From the NCBI GenBank assembly GCA_965218095.1, contig OZ244587.1:1184001-1248000 (forward strand): a stretch of 64,000 bases of DNA, given 5' to 3'. The notes beneath the pieces are model-generated. The model was not told where the DNA came from. It ran no database searches and worked only from the letters and a program-made list of their open reading frames with translations. Below are positions 39,151 through 49,899 of this stretch, one piece after another. How positions within the stretch are numbered: position 1 is the first letter of the stretch; each line of letters begins with the position of its first letter. A program made the translations under genes and the position numbers. This stretch comes from Candidatus Poribacteria bacterium (GTDB taxonomy: Bacteria; Poribacteria; WGA-4E; PCPOR2b).

Positions 39151-39393
39151 TTAGGTGTTGCTTGACACCGTAGATACTTCTATTGAACCAACCTTTGTTG
39201 GGGTTAGCTCACTTGAATGTCGTGTCAGATATTCAAGAACTTCCCCTTACATCTTTTCGATCTCCGTCCGAAACCCACTTGAAATGAGGGGAAATCCTTC
39301 AGGTGTTGCTTTGACACGCAATTGTAAAAGTAGGTTTTGAAAATACTCAATACGTTCCTGAGTGGTTTTTAGTTCTTTATCATTGCGAATCAT
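39151..39393 (-). pseudogene. Small helical hypothetical protein with an internal nonsense codon (probable cassette gene)
   Basis: MIRNDKELKTTQERIEYFQNLL...EIEKM*GEVLEYLTRH; the stop overlaps ACCTAAC, an attC inverse-core-like sequence. Confidence 0.6.
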
Positions 39394-39447
39394 TCTCTCA
39401 CCGCAAACAAATGTTAGCCGCCCAACACAATCAATATTCCCATATGA

Positions 39448-40055
39448 TTACGGCAGCCGCAATATCACCATCTTATCATCATCGCCCGCAATTGCGACAA
39501 CAGTATCGTTCAATCCCAATACCACCACATTATCAACACCTACATCCGCCTCACAGTCGCCACCGCCAGACACTTGTTATCGGGTGAAAATGCCAGGCAG
39601 TGTTCCAAAGTGTCGAATTGTTTCCCCCAGACCGCCCCCAGGTCGCTTAGACGATAAACCACCACCTCCCCGCCGCTGCCCTGCACCGCAAGGTAAAGTC
39701 CATCCGGTGAGATCGCCAGCGCATTACTCGCCGGATACTTCCGGAATTGTGGATTGATCATTTTACCGGGAGACCCATCAGCCATTGACCAGAATCGCAC
39801 AGGATCCTCATCCCAGGGAATACTAGCAACTTGTTTTCTATCGGGCGTAATGCACATGTCGTAGGCAGAATTTTCGTACGGCGGTTGCGTGGGTCAATGT
39901 CCTTCAGCTTGCCATACCTGGTTTCCGGTTGCCGCGTCTATCAAAATTACGCCACTGACGACACCCCCCGCGACGATGTATTTGCCATCAGCAGAAAATC
40001 CCAGGCCCCGAATGTAACCGTTGCCGGGCTCTGCGTGCCACACGACGACGCCATT
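39448..40055 (-). pseudogene. WD40/beta-propeller fragment with a stop and frameshifts
   Basis: GFSADGKYI, ITPDRKQV, AISPDGLYL, AFSPDNKCL. Confidence 0.7.
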
Positions 40056-40108
40056 TTCAGCAATACTTCTCGTACTCGGGGTGCAATTCATCATCAAGTG
40101 CAATTATA

Positions 40109-40404
<296 letters not shown>

Positions 40405-40460
40405 TTATTTCTGATTTGTTGTTCTACTTTGACGACACAGCGAAATCTCTTTTTTCCCCT

Positions 40461-40481
40461 GCCTAACGACTGGTGAAGTTT
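40461..40481 (-). other. Half attC site (core GTTAGGC only)
   Basis: GTTRRRY 14 bp after the stop of the upstream cassette gene; left arm absent. Confidence 0.5.
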
Positions 40482-41066
40482 TTATTCTTTGAGAACCATA
40501 TCGACACACATCACGGCTGCAAGGATTAACTGACGGACTACATTCTCATGGGGCACAGATTCACCAATCTCAAGTACATAATTGTCTGCACTTGTAAAGA
40601 GTTCCTTGCCAATCCCTGCCCATTTCTTCGTTACATGAGCCAATTCAGTCTCATCTGCCATGAACTTAAAATCCCATCCTGTCCACTTGCCTTTGAGTTG
40701 GCAAACGGGTCTCTCGCTTGCATCAAGGACACTAAAAGCACCACCTATCGAAAAATTCTGCTTGAACCCACCTATACACTGATCGTTTCCGTCAAGAACG
40801 TTCACTTCAGAAAGAAAGACAGAAATTCCTCTCGTAATACGAACGATCTGATGTCCATCAGGAGTTCTGATCTGAATATCAAAAGGTGTCATTCTTTTGA
40901 AGTTCGTGAACCTGAGAACCTTGGTGAAGATTCCCAATCGTTCTTCACGACACTCCATGATAATGTGACCCGTTTCCGGATCATAAATGTCGTAATTATT
41001 AGCTGCCTTGAACATTCCAACATGTTCTTTGATGAGGAAAATATTCCTATTCAATACGTCGTGCAC
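40482..41066 (-). CDS. Scramblase/LURP-one-related protein (integron cassette)
   Basis: KAANNYDIYDP, LKGKWTGWDF, KKWAGIGKELFTSADNY; GTG start just after the attC core. Confidence 0.8.
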   Translation of the reverse strand: MHDVLNRNIFLIKEHVGMFKAANNYDIYDPETGHIIMECREERLGIFTKVLRFTNFKRMTPFDIQIRTPDGHQIVRITRGISVFLSEVNVLDGNDQCIGGFKQNFSIGGAFSVLDASERPVCQLKGKWTGWDFKFMADETELAHVTKKWAGIGKELFTSADNYVLEIGESVPHENVVRQLILAAVMCVDMVLKE

Positions 41067-41092
41067 TTTGTCCCCCCTTTTCTTCCCCTGCT

Positions 41093-41197
41093 TCCTAACA
41101 ACCGAGTTGAGGTACGTTGCAATCACTGACATGAATCGAATGGCAGAACCACTTTCATCCACTGCTGGCTCAACGTCAACTCCAACGATGGTTAGAC
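41093..41197 (-). other. attC recombination site (105 bp)
   Basis: Minus strand GTCTAAC-CATCGTTGGAGTTGACGTTG...CAACGTACCTCAACTCGGTT-GTTAGGA, with R and L boxes pairing. Confidence 0.8.
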
Positions 41198-41252
41198 TCC
41201 ACACGCGCCAGGCACCGTGCGCCGGTCGATAAACTCCCACCGCGAGCTGCCG

Positions 41253-41329
41253 ATCTAACTCTTGATTATGCGGAAAAAATTCCGTATAATCCTTTATGCC
41301 AGAATTTTTTCCGTATAAAAATTTTAGGC
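41253..41329 (-). other. attC recombination site (77 bp, degenerate inverse core)
   Basis: Minus strand GCCTAAA..TTATACGGAAAAAATTC...GAATTTTTTCCGCATAA-TCAAGA-GTTAGAT; 16/17 stem. Confidence 0.7.
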
Positions 41330-41348
41330 ATTGTATAGATACAGGCTT

Positions 41349-41840
41349 TTAGTCTACGCTAATGCCATGCTTCTGCATGTGACATTTGGGACATAATGCT
41401 TGCAAGTCCTCTAACCCTTCTTCACCTATCCGCTCATAATTAAGATGATGCACTTGTTTCGCTTCGTTTGTACATCCCTCATTTTCACAAATAGACCACG
41501 CAAATGACATCACCGCATCCCTTTTACGTTTCCACTCATCAGATTTTAGATACTCACGCTTATACGCTCGTTCATCCATTCGACAATACGGACCCCACTG
41601 GATCACACTGCCACATGGATGTATGATATTCTCAGGCGTAGATTCAAGACGAGATTGTAGTTCTTTGTCTGACAATGTTAAATACAGCCATTGAGCCTTA
41701 TAATATTCTGGAGTACAAAGATTGCGATCTAGTATATTTGGGTTCGACTTGATTTGTCTGGGCACGCAGATAGTGCCAGCGCGCCCTGATAGTTCGTAAA
41801 GGTGTATCATCACCTTTCTTTCATCAATACAATTTTTCAT
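41349..41840 (-). CDS. HNH endonuclease-domain protein (first cassette)
   Basis: YLKSDEWKRKR, CENEGC, QVHHLNYERIGEE, LQALCPKCHMQKH. Confidence 0.88.
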   Translation of the reverse strand: MKNCIDERKVMIHLYELSGRAGTICVPRQIKSNPNILDRNLCTPEYYKAQWLYLTLSDKELQSRLESTPENIIHPCGSVIQWGPYCRMDERAYKREYLKSDEWKRKRDAVMSFAWSICENEGCTNEAKQVHHLNYERIGEEGLEDLQALCPKCHMQKHGISVD

Positions 41841-42013
41841 TGGGTTTTCTCCTTCATTCGTAGATGAAAAAGCCTATATCTACACATCCCCAAATTTTAT
41901 CCAGAATTTCCACCTGAATCAATTTCCAAAACCTGATAAAATAGAAATCAAACGGTTGACGAAATTATACAACCTTTCTAAACCACAGTCAACGGAAAGT
42001 TGCGGAGAGAAAA

Positions 42014-42195
42014 ATGCAGCGACGCCCCAAGAAACTCCTCGATCAAGTCCGTGAAAAGATGTCAGTGAAACACAACCCCAGCCGGACTGAAGAAGCCTAC
42101 GTCAACTGGGTTCGGGACTACATTCAGTTTCACAATAAGCGGTGCCCGAAAAATAAGAGCACCCACGAAAATCGAAGCGTTTCTAATTACTGGCC
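42014..42195 (+). pseudogene. intI: Integron integrase N-terminal (SAM-like) remnant
   Basis: KLLDQVREKMSVKHNPSRTEEAYVNWVRDYIQFHNKRCP, then frameshifted IEAFL; divergent from the attC array. Confidence 0.82.
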
Positions 42196-42231
42196 GAATC
42201 CATCATACAGTCATTAGCAGGGAACAGAACA

Positions 42232-43050
42232 ATGCGTTTAACGCAAGAGCACATTTATCAGTTTCGGGATGAGGGATATATCGCAATCCCCGACTTCTTC
42301 TCTGAATGCGAGGTAAAGGCGATGCAGGCTGAACTTGATTGGCTATTTCGAGGAGGGAAGCTGCGCAACGTTGCGACCGACGGTGATGGGAAAACTCATT
42401 CAACTACGAGTTTTAATTTCCAGATCTGTCCAATCTATCACAAGAGTGACTTCTTCAGGGCGATGCCTTTTGACCCCAGGATTATCGAAGTTGTGACGCA
42501 ACTCATCGGCGACCGGATTATCGAACATCTCGATCAGATTTTTCTTAGACCCGCCCACACAGGTGCACCCACCAACTGGCATCAAGACAACGCCTACTTC
42601 AAGATTGATGACCCTCTGCGCGGCACAGCGATGTGGACAGCTATCCATGATGCGACGGTCATCAATGGAACCCTCCGCGTTATCCCCGGTTCGGGAGGCG
42701 TATGAACATGCCCGAGACCCCGACAGCGACCATCACATCCGATGTTACCCGCCCGAAGAACGGGCTGTACCTATCGAATTGCCGCAGGTGGCGCAGCTTT
42801 CTTCTGTTACGGTACGGCTCACGCCACCGGGCCCAACAAGACAAACAAACCCCGTGCCGGTTTGGCGATTCACTTTCTCCATACTGACTATGCCAAACCG
42901 TCCCTGGTCGAGGAAAATCGAACGACCCGACCCTACCTGGCAGGTCCAGAAGCAACCGGCGGGCTAAAGGAATATGGCGTCAAGCTCGAAGGTGCCTGGG
43001 GGCAGGAAATAGCGCATATACTTGCCGAAGCCCAGGCAGCCGCAAACTAA
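42232..43050 (+). pseudogene. PhyH-family dioxygenase with two frameshifts
   Basis: TNWHQDNAYF, NGTLRVIPGS; continues in ORFs 42563 and 42742 (GTAHATGPN). Confidence 0.82.
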
Positions 43051-43410
43051 ATAATCCCGCGCAAATTCTTTTCACTTTCAACAACCTGTCAGCGTCACGA
43101 GGGAGTGAGCTAGTGCGATTGAGTCCGACGACTTAATCGAGTTACTGCACCATTTGTCGACGATTGTTAATTTCAATCAACCGCCACAACGGCTGCAAAG
43201 TGTAAAAAAATCAGTGGAATTATTTAGTTGGCACATGAATTGTTTTCATAATGCCCTTATTGCACAAAAAAGTTGACAAAACCAGATGATTACCCCGATT
43301 GGTCCTTTGATTTTGAACACTTGAGCCATCAGGCTTATACACAACAGGGATGAACAGGCTACCTTTGTCTGTTCAATCGGGAATAGTTCTGCCGACTTTT
43401 TCTGGCTCTA

Positions 43411-44169
43411 TCACCGTCGAACCGCCGATCCCTCTACCCCAATCAGTTCCGCCTTTTGCAGCAGCCACCCACGCTCAACGGCGTTCACGACAGCCAAAGT
43501 CAGTGTCAAGTCATACGCCCCCGGCCCCGTGATAATTCTCGATACATCAACCCCACCCGTGATGACCGGTTTTTCAACAGGCCGCACCTCTCCAATCGCT
43601 TCTTCTTCGACAAACAGATTCCCATTGACACCAATACTCAAAAACGCTCCAGTCTTTGCCCCATCCTGAAGGATCTCATATCGCAGCGTCACAGCCGGAC
43701 GCAAGAGTTGCGTGACATTGACCTGATATTTCAATACGGGTGTTTCATCTTCACCTGACCAATAGGTGTTAGAATCGATCCGGAGCGATTGGAGGACAAC
43801 AACCTCGACTGTAATCGAACCCTGGTCAACCTCAAATCCATCGGTCAACTCTAGCGTAATTGTGTACACGCCAGGCGCATCCGGCGCAAGATAGGTCACA
43901 CTCGCCATGCCCCCGACAATCCGTCCGCCGTTTGCCTCCCATGTATAGATGAGATCTGCTTTATCCCCCGAATAATCGAACAGCGCAGCAACGGTCGCAG
44001 TACTACCCGTGTTCAGCATCTGACTTGTAATGTTCAATTCATTTATTTCGATGATATGCCGCATCGGACGAATTGGGTTTTCATCGTCGCCGCAGCCAAT
44101 TAGTATTAAAACTGAGATGAAGATCGGCGCCAGCCGGGGCCAACCGTTGAAAGGTTCATTCCCTTTCAA
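43411..44169 (-). CDS. Lipoprotein with a PKD/Ig-like domain; start uncertain
   Basis: Lipobox LIGC; LIYTWEANGG, YLAPDAPGVYTITLELTDG. Confidence 0.65.
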   Translation of the reverse strand: MKGNEPFNGWPRLAPIFISVLILIGCGDDENPIRPMRHIIEINELNITSQMLNTGSTATVAALFDYSGDKADLIYTWEANGGRIVGGMASVTYLAPDAPGVYTITLELTDGFEVDQGSITVEVVVLQSLRIDSNTYWSGEDETPVLKYQVNVTQLLRPAVTLRYEILQDGAKTGAFLSIGVNGNLFVEEEAIGEVRPVEKPVITGGVDVSRIITGPGAYDLTLTLAVVNAVERGWLLQKAELIGVEGSAVRR

Positions 44170-44491
44170 CGGTTTCAGCCGGTTTCGTAAGTTCGTTTTT
44201 CTGCAAAACATTATTTCGGAAAACATATCTTTGGTCCCCATACCACTCGATACGCCAGCGATCAAATCCACGCTCAAACTCGATGACGCGATCCGGTTCA
44301 CCGAGTTTGGCATGGAGCGCCTCGACGGTGTGTTGGTCGTGTCCAATGAGGTGCTTTGTCAGCATCGCAACCCCGGCTAAGATCGCTACCAACACCAATT
44401 TCCCCCGCGTTTTCACACTGATGCTATACGCTATTGAAGTGGGGGTCAATAAGAAAACGACTAGTAGTAAGTAGCAGATGAACTTTTTCAT
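44156..44491 (-). CDS. Hypothetical exported/membrane protein
   Basis: Signal-like N-terminus, second hydrophobic segment, KLGEPD. Confidence 0.6.
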   Translation of the reverse strand: MKKFICYLLLVVFLLTPTSIAYSISVKTRGKLVLVAILAGVAMLTKHLIGHDQHTVEALHAKLGEPDRVIEFERGFDRWRIEWYGDQRYVFRNNVLQKNELTKPAETVERE

Positions 44492-44581
44492 AAGATTGAA
44501 ACGTGATGCGTGAAGAAACTCCTCGCTATGCGGGATTTCGCTACCCTCAACCTGAACCCTTGAACCTATGCACTCCTGAAT

Positions 44582-45064
44582 TCATTGCCCAATTTCCTGA
44601 ATTTCCCACAGCCATTTCTGAAAATTCCGCGTATGACTCCCTCGCCAAAACAGCTTGTTACAGGTCGGACATTGGTGAAACTGATCTTGTGCGCGATAAA
44701 CATAAGCTGGAACCGCAGACCGCACCTGCGCTTTGGGAACAGGCTGAATGACGGTGTTGCAATCAAGACATCGCGTAAAAAAGGAGTCGTGGTTGAGTTT
44801 TAAGTTGAATGCCCGAATGACCTGCTTGAGTTGCTCAACCGGATCTTGGCTGGCGAGCAGGAGACATTGTTCAACCATGCAGCGTTCCAAGAAGTCACGA
44901 TCTCGGGTGAGGATGACCCGATTCTCACGCAGTGCTTTGAGGGCAAGCTGTGCATCGGTCGCGGGAGATTGGTAAGAGACGTCATATCCTAAAATTCGTA
45001 GCCACTTGCCGAGTTTGCCGACGTTCTCATCAGCAAGAAATTTCGGGACTGGAGAATCTGTCAT
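44582..45064 (-). CDS. Mut7-C RNase domain protein
   Basis: FLADENVGKLGKWLRILGYD, ILTRDR, RCLDCN, CPTCNKLFWRGSH. Confidence 0.92.
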   Translation of the reverse strand: MTDSPVPKFLADENVGKLGKWLRILGYDVSYQSPATDAQLALKALRENRVILTRDRDFLERCMVEQCLLLASQDPVEQLKQVIRAFNLKLNHDSFFTRCLDCNTVIQPVPKAQVRSAVPAYVYRAQDQFHQCPTCNKLFWRGSHTRNFQKWLWEIQEIGQ

Positions 45065-45522
45065 AATGGGAATCTCCTCAAAGCCAGCCGTCAGCCCAAA
45101 CACGGTTGCCAACGGCCGGAATTGTTACCGTTTATTGTATCGGAATTCGAGAAATTTTGCAAATGCTAACTTCGTTATTGCGACAATCCATGCCTTCATG
45201 TTACCATTATGAACAATCTACTTACAAAGGGAGGTTTGATAAACGTGGAAAACCCAGGTCGAAAAAAAGAAGACAGCCGATCGGAAACTTCCCACACCGA
45301 TGAGTCGCCAAGCCAATCTACTTCGCAGCTTCCGCAGCGAGCACCGCCTAATCAAATCGAACATAGAAGTGAACAGGATTCGTCAAATTTGAAGGTCATT
45401 TCTAGCGTACTTGAGCATCGCATCTTGGAAATGGAATCGAGATTCTCCCACGAGTTGGGGACGATGCAATCAGAAATAGATAGTGGATTTTCAGGATTGC
45501 ACGGCGATATCTCGGATTTAAG

Positions 45523-46629
45523 TGAGGGGTGCTCATAAGTCCCCTTATCGAAAGAGTGTAATCAGATGTGTTACATTTCTCAGGGGTCTTCCCCAAATAG
45601 AATTGACTAACATAGCCAGTTGCAGTAAAACCACCCCCAGCATCAAAAAGGTAGAGACATTCGCTTTTCGACTCACCGGCAATTGCTTATGATTGGTATG
45701 GGTCGATAGTAATTGGCTCAACAATCCAAAGATAGGTTCAATAGCAACCTTGCGCTTGTGTTGATAGGTCTGCAACTGCGCCGATTGATTCACCGCTTCA
45801 ACATAACGCCGTGCCCGCTGACTCTTTGCGCCTCTGACGGGAGTGATTAGCAACAGTCCCTGGTTCGCCAAGTGTTGGGTACGTTTCAAGTCGGTATAGC
45901 CGGCATCAGCGACTAAATACCCGATGTTCTGTTCAAGCAGTGTGTCGAGTTGTCGGTCAAGGACGGCTTTTTCACTCACACACGCGGTGTCAATGGCACT
46001 CATACGAGGCAATCCCTCTATAGAGACGGTCAGATGAAGCCCATAGCCGTAAACCCAACCGTGATAGTGACTCTTTGACCAACTGGCGTCTGTGTCAATG
46101 GCACGGATGCCAGTTGGGATGCGATTGGCATTTCTATCCTTCTGATGCCAGACGCTTCCTTTTGCCTTAAACAGACTTTTGTCTTGGTAAACCACCTCTG
46201 GAGGTGAGTCAGGTATCAAAGTCATTCCCACATCACCGAGATACCCGATGAACGCCTCTAGCTGGTAAGCGAGTTGTTTGTAGCGTCGGCAAAGGGTTGC
46301 CCGAGACGGAACACATGCCAGTTTAAGACGACACAGCCACTGCGGGTGTAGCTTGAGCCATCTGTGTTGTGCCTTAAAGCGATGGAGGCCTTTGAGCGTT
46401 AAGATGGCAAAAAGGACAATCAAGCAGTCGTCTGTATACGATTTCGGACGTCCATGGCTCTCAGGTGGCGGTGCATGGCTGGAAGCGTTGAAATGGTCAA
46501 GTTGTTCAAACAAAAATGTGATATAATACGTACTGTCAGGATAACCCATGTTATAATCCTCTCTTTCTTGCACGTTAGATTAGATTATAACCGTTATCCT
46601 GACTCAAGTCTACTTATGAGCACCCCTCA
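45523..46629. mobile_element. Insertion sequence (DDE_Tnp_1 type, IS982/IS5-like), about 1.1 kb
   Basis: Perfect 18-bp inverted repeats TGAGGGGTGCTCATAAGT (45523-45540 and 46612-46629); flanking duplication TTAA(GTGA). Confidence 0.9.
45545..46549 (-). CDS. DDE transposase
   Basis: GRPKSY, DASW, GWVYGYGLHL, VADAGY, IEPIFG; uninterrupted ORF. Confidence 0.9.
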   Translation of the reverse strand: MGYPDSTYYITFLFEQLDHFNASSHAPPPESHGRPKSYTDDCLIVLFAILTLKGLHRFKAQHRWLKLHPQWLCRLKLACVPSRATLCRRYKQLAYQLEAFIGYLGDVGMTLIPDSPPEVVYQDKSLFKAKGSVWHQKDRNANRIPTGIRAIDTDASWSKSHYHGWVYGYGLHLTVSIEGLPRMSAIDTACVSEKAVLDRQLDTLLEQNIGYLVADAGYTDLKRTQHLANQGLLLITPVRGAKSQRARRYVEAVNQSAQLQTYQHKRKVAIEPIFGLLSQLLSTHTNHKQLPVSRKANVSTFLMLGVVLLQLAMLVNSIWGRPLRNVTHLITLFR

Positions 46630-46789
46630 GTTAAGTGATTCCCTCAACGAATCGATGGATCAACTCGAAGACACAGTAGGGCGGTTCACCTCTACGATGA
46701 AATGGTATCTTGTGGTGACAGGGATAATGGCGATTGTCGCAATCGCGTTCCTGCTGTGGCAAATCTTCTTTGGCTAAGGGAGAAACAAA

Positions 46790-47578
46790 ATGAGTCACGC
46801 AAACACAAATGAAAGTTGGGAAATTGAAACGGGGGTCACCGATGAACAGGTAGCTTTCTACAATGAGAACAGCTATCTCAAATTCGGCAGAATCTTTACC
46901 AAAGCGGAGTTAGACGAATTACGCGATTACGTTGATGATATGATTGCATCGCTCCCCGAAGGTAAACGCCCTGAACAGATGGACGTCCCGCACTTCGAGC
47001 ATCCGTATTTGTTCAAATACCTCGCGCACCCGCATGTGCTGGATGTTATCAAGCAATTCATTGGGCCCGATATTGCCCTCTGGTCAAGTCATTTTATCAG
47101 CAAACGCACGAGCGATGGCCTGGCGGTACCGTGGCATCAGGACGGTGTCTACTGGGGCGACCGGCTGCAACCGATGCGCGTCATCACAATGTGGTTAGCC
47201 GTGGACGAGTCAATGGTCGAAAACGGTTGTATGCGCGTGATTGCCGGTAGTCATAAATTCAGGAATCGGCGTTACGAGGCGGTCGATAGGGAAAAGCACC
47301 TGTTTGGCAGTGAGATCATCTCCGAGGACATCGATTCGTCGAAGATTGTGGATCTGGATCTGAAGGTTGGCGAATGCCACTTCCATGATGCGTTCACCAT
47401 CCACGGCTCGAATCCCAACACCTCGCAGAAACGCCGCTGTGGCTACACGATGCGTTATATGCCAGCGACCGTCCACTGTAATGACCCTTCGTTGAAACCG
47501 AGTCATCGCATCTATCTTCTGCGTGGCGAGGATCGGACGGATGGCTTTAATATCTATGCGCCGGTGCCGGATTTTTAG
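46790..47578 (+). CDS. PhyH-family dioxygenase
   Basis: VPWHQDGVYW, ENGCMRVIAGSH, TIHGSNPN..RRCGYTMRY. Confidence 0.93.
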   Translation: MSHANTNESWEIETGVTDEQVAFYNENSYLKFGRIFTKAELDELRDYVDDMIASLPEGKRPEQMDVPHFEHPYLFKYLAHPHVLDVIKQFIGPDIALWSSHFISKRTSDGLAVPWHQDGVYWGDRLQPMRVITMWLAVDESMVENGCMRVIAGSHKFRNRRYEAVDREKHLFGSEIISEDIDSSKIVDLDLKVGECHFHDAFTIHGSNPNTSQKRRCGYTMRYMPATVHCNDPSLKPSHRIYLLRGEDRTDGFNIYAPVPDF

Positions 47579-47599
47579 GGCCTGATCGAACGCTTCCTG

Positions 47600-47956
47600 A
47601 ATCTGGGATTGGGTTGACCTTTCGGCATTGGGGGAAAAACCTATCAACCTTGACATGAAGGCGCCCTCCGGCATTGGTGGGCTTGATCCAAGAGAACATG
47701 CTTCACCCGAAGCCGGTCAACATTGCGCGAAGCTCGCCTCGGAGGCAATCGGGCGGAAAGCCGGAGAGTTACTAGCTTCCTTGCCCAAGGAGCATCAGAC
47801 GTTCCATACATATTGCCATGGAAGATCTGAAACTTGACCGCCTCACGGCGATCTACCCCGGCAAGCGTATGTTTAGCCGACCATGTGATGGTCATCCCGC
47901 TAGCAACGCTGGCAACCGGAGAGGTGAAAGACCTTTTGCAAGCATCTATTCAATGA
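47600..47956 (+). pseudogene. Two adjoining gene remnants: a creatininase-like C-terminus and a DUF4143 ATP-binding protein C-terminus
   Basis: WVDLSAL...GIGGLDPREHASPEAG; then SIHIAMEDLKLDRLTAIYPGKR. Confidence 0.55.
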
Positions 47957-47971
47957 TTTACGAGGTCACAG

Positions 47972-48739
47972 ATGAGTTTACAAAACAAAGTTTGTATAAT
48001 CACCGGCGGCGGTAGCGGTATCGGTCGTGGTGTGGCGATAATGATGGCACAAAATGGCGCCAAGGTGGCGCTGGTAGGCAGGACGGCGGCAAAAGTGGAA
48101 GCGGTCAGAGACGAGATTATCGCTGGCGGCGGCACAGCCTTAGCATTTGCACTGGATGTTGCCGACTACGACGCAGTTCAGAAGATGGCAAAGGATGTCC
48201 TCGACGCCTTCGGTCATATTGATGTTCTGGTGAACAACGCCGGTCACAGTTCCCACCATCGAAGACTGCTGACTATAACGCCAGAGGAAATCCGCAGCGT
48301 CATTGATTCCAACCTGATTGGCACGATTTACTGCACACAGGCGGTGGCCCCCGCCATGTTGGAAACGAAGCAGGGCACGATTATCAATGTATCATCGCTG
48401 GCTGGCGTGACCCCTGGACCCTTTAGCGGTTTGGCTTATGGTCCCGCTAAGGCGGCGGTCATCAATTTCACCGAATTCCTCAATGTTGATCTCAGGAACA
48501 CCGGCATCCGGGCAAGCGTGGTTATTCCTGGTGAGGTGGATACGCCTATCCTCGGCGAACGTCCCATTCCTCCCTCCGACGAGACTCGCGCCATGATGGT
48601 GGACGTTGAGGAAACTTCGGAAGTGATTTGTCTCATTGCCAGTCTTCCGCAGCGAACCAACATTCCCTCGCTGGTCATTAGGCCGACCATGCACCGGGAT
48701 ATGTCTAAGGAGGTGGAGGCCGCGCCAGAGGTGGGATGA
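47972..48739 (+). CDS. SDR oxidoreductase
   Basis: ITGGGSGIG, LVNNAG, YGPAK, PGEVDT. Confidence 0.94.
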   Translation: MSLQNKVCIITGGGSGIGRGVAIMMAQNGAKVALVGRTAAKVEAVRDEIIAGGGTALAFALDVADYDAVQKMAKDVLDAFGHIDVLVNNAGHSSHHRRLLTITPEEIRSVIDSNLIGTIYCTQAVAPAMLETKQGTIINVSSLAGVTPGPFSGLAYGPAKAAVINFTEFLNVDLRNTGIRASVVIPGEVDTPILGERPIPPSDETRAMMVDVEETSEVICLIASLPQRTNIPSLVIRPTMHRDMSKEVEAAPEVG

Positions 48740-48838
48740 GAAGCTGGAGAAGGAGAATCAACGTCAGTATTGTGATGCGGTGAGAACGTGATTCTTATAC
48801 GATTTTGCATTTAACCTTAAGGGTCGCTTTTGCCATTT

Positions 48839-49600
48839 TTACACATCCACAACCAAGCCGTCATAAGCGAGTTGAACGTTTTTAGGAAGTCGCGCATTCG
48901 TCGAATGATGTTCGACATCATGGGTCATGTGGGTGAAATAGGTTTGTTTGGATCTGAGTTGTTCCACAATTTCTAACGACTCTGGAATGATGAAGTGGGT
49001 CGGATGCGGTGGCTGCCATCGAAGTGCATCGAGCACCAGGAGGTCTAGAGCGCGCAGCAGATCCATTGAGGAGGGCGGAATCAAGTTGCAGTCCGTTACA
49101 TAAGCGAAATTGCCGATCCGAAATCCCAGAACCTGCGTATTTCCATGCAACAGGTCGATTGGAACGATTTCAACGCTAAATAGCTGAAATGGCCCATCAA
49201 TTGTCACAAGCTCGAGTTGCGGGATGCCGCCACCGAGATGCTGAAGTTGAAAGGCGTAATTAAAAACGGTGCGGATGCGGTCAAGGGTCGCAGGGCTGCC
49301 GTAGCAGGGGATGGAAAACCCTTGAATTGCAGAAAAGGCGCGAACATCATCAAGCCCGTGCAGGTGGTCAGCGTGGTCATGGGTAAACAGGATGGCATCA
49401 ATGTCTTCGATGCCGCATCTGATAACCTGAAGTCGAAGTTCCGGCGAGGTGTCAACGAGGATATTTTTGTCGTCGAGCGTGATGACGATGGAAGGGCGGG
49501 TACGATGATTTTTGGGATCTTTTGATTGGCACACCGAACAGTGGCAAGCAATCACCGGGACGCCGTGCGATGTGCCTGTACCAAGAAACGTAATCTTCAT
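48839..49600 (-). CDS. MBL-fold hydrolase (PhnP-like)
   Basis: FLGTGTSHGVPVIAC, THDHADHLHGLDD, FTHMTH. Confidence 0.92.
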   Translation of the reverse strand: MKITFLGTGTSHGVPVIACHCSVCQSKDPKNHRTRPSIVITLDDKNILVDTSPELRLQVIRCGIEDIDAILFTHDHADHLHGLDDVRAFSAIQGFSIPCYGSPATLDRIRTVFNYAFQLQHLGGGIPQLELVTIDGPFQLFSVEIVPIDLLHGNTQVLGFRIGNFAYVTDCNLIPPSSMDLLRALDLLVLDALRWQPPHPTHFIIPESLEIVEQLRSKQTYFTHMTHDVEHHSTNARLPKNVQLAYDGLVVDV

Positions 49601-49782
49601 GGATGCTCCTGCAACCTTTTCTTCTTCGGGAAAACTACTCCGCATTCTGGACACGCGGCAGTATATGACCGGATTGCGAAGCCGCATCTGGGACAAATTC
49701 GTTTGGTCCGATGCCGAGAAATCAGAATTACGCCCAGAAAAATGATAAGCACAATCATGACTTCCCAAAAACCGATGGACAT
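49597..49782 (-). CDS. Small membrane protein with a zinc ribbon
   Basis: TM helix, then CPRCG...CPECG; RBS GGAGG; ATGA overlap with the MBL gene. Confidence 0.65.
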   Translation of the reverse strand: MSIGFWEVMIVLIIFLGVILISRHRTKRICPRCGFAIRSYTAACPECGVVFPKKKRLQEHP

Positions 49783-49899
49783 TTTGCATCCCTCCTATGC
49801 CTGAAACGTGATGCGTAAAACGTAAATCAACTCATCAATCCGTGAACTACTGAACTTTTGAATGCCTTGCCTCCTTCTTCCTTCCCGTCTTCTATCCAT

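Larger units (their letters stand above)
45209..46777 (+). pseudogene. Coiled-coil protein with a C-terminal TM anchor, interrupted by an IS
   Basis: Removing the IS and one target copy restores ...GDISDLSDSLNESMDQ...WYLVVTGIMAIVAIAFLLW in frame (151 aa). Confidence 0.78.

Noticed and set aside
41841-42013. attI site and Pc promoter of the integron
   Set aside because: Expected here, but no clear GTTRRRY core or consensus promoter could be assigned.
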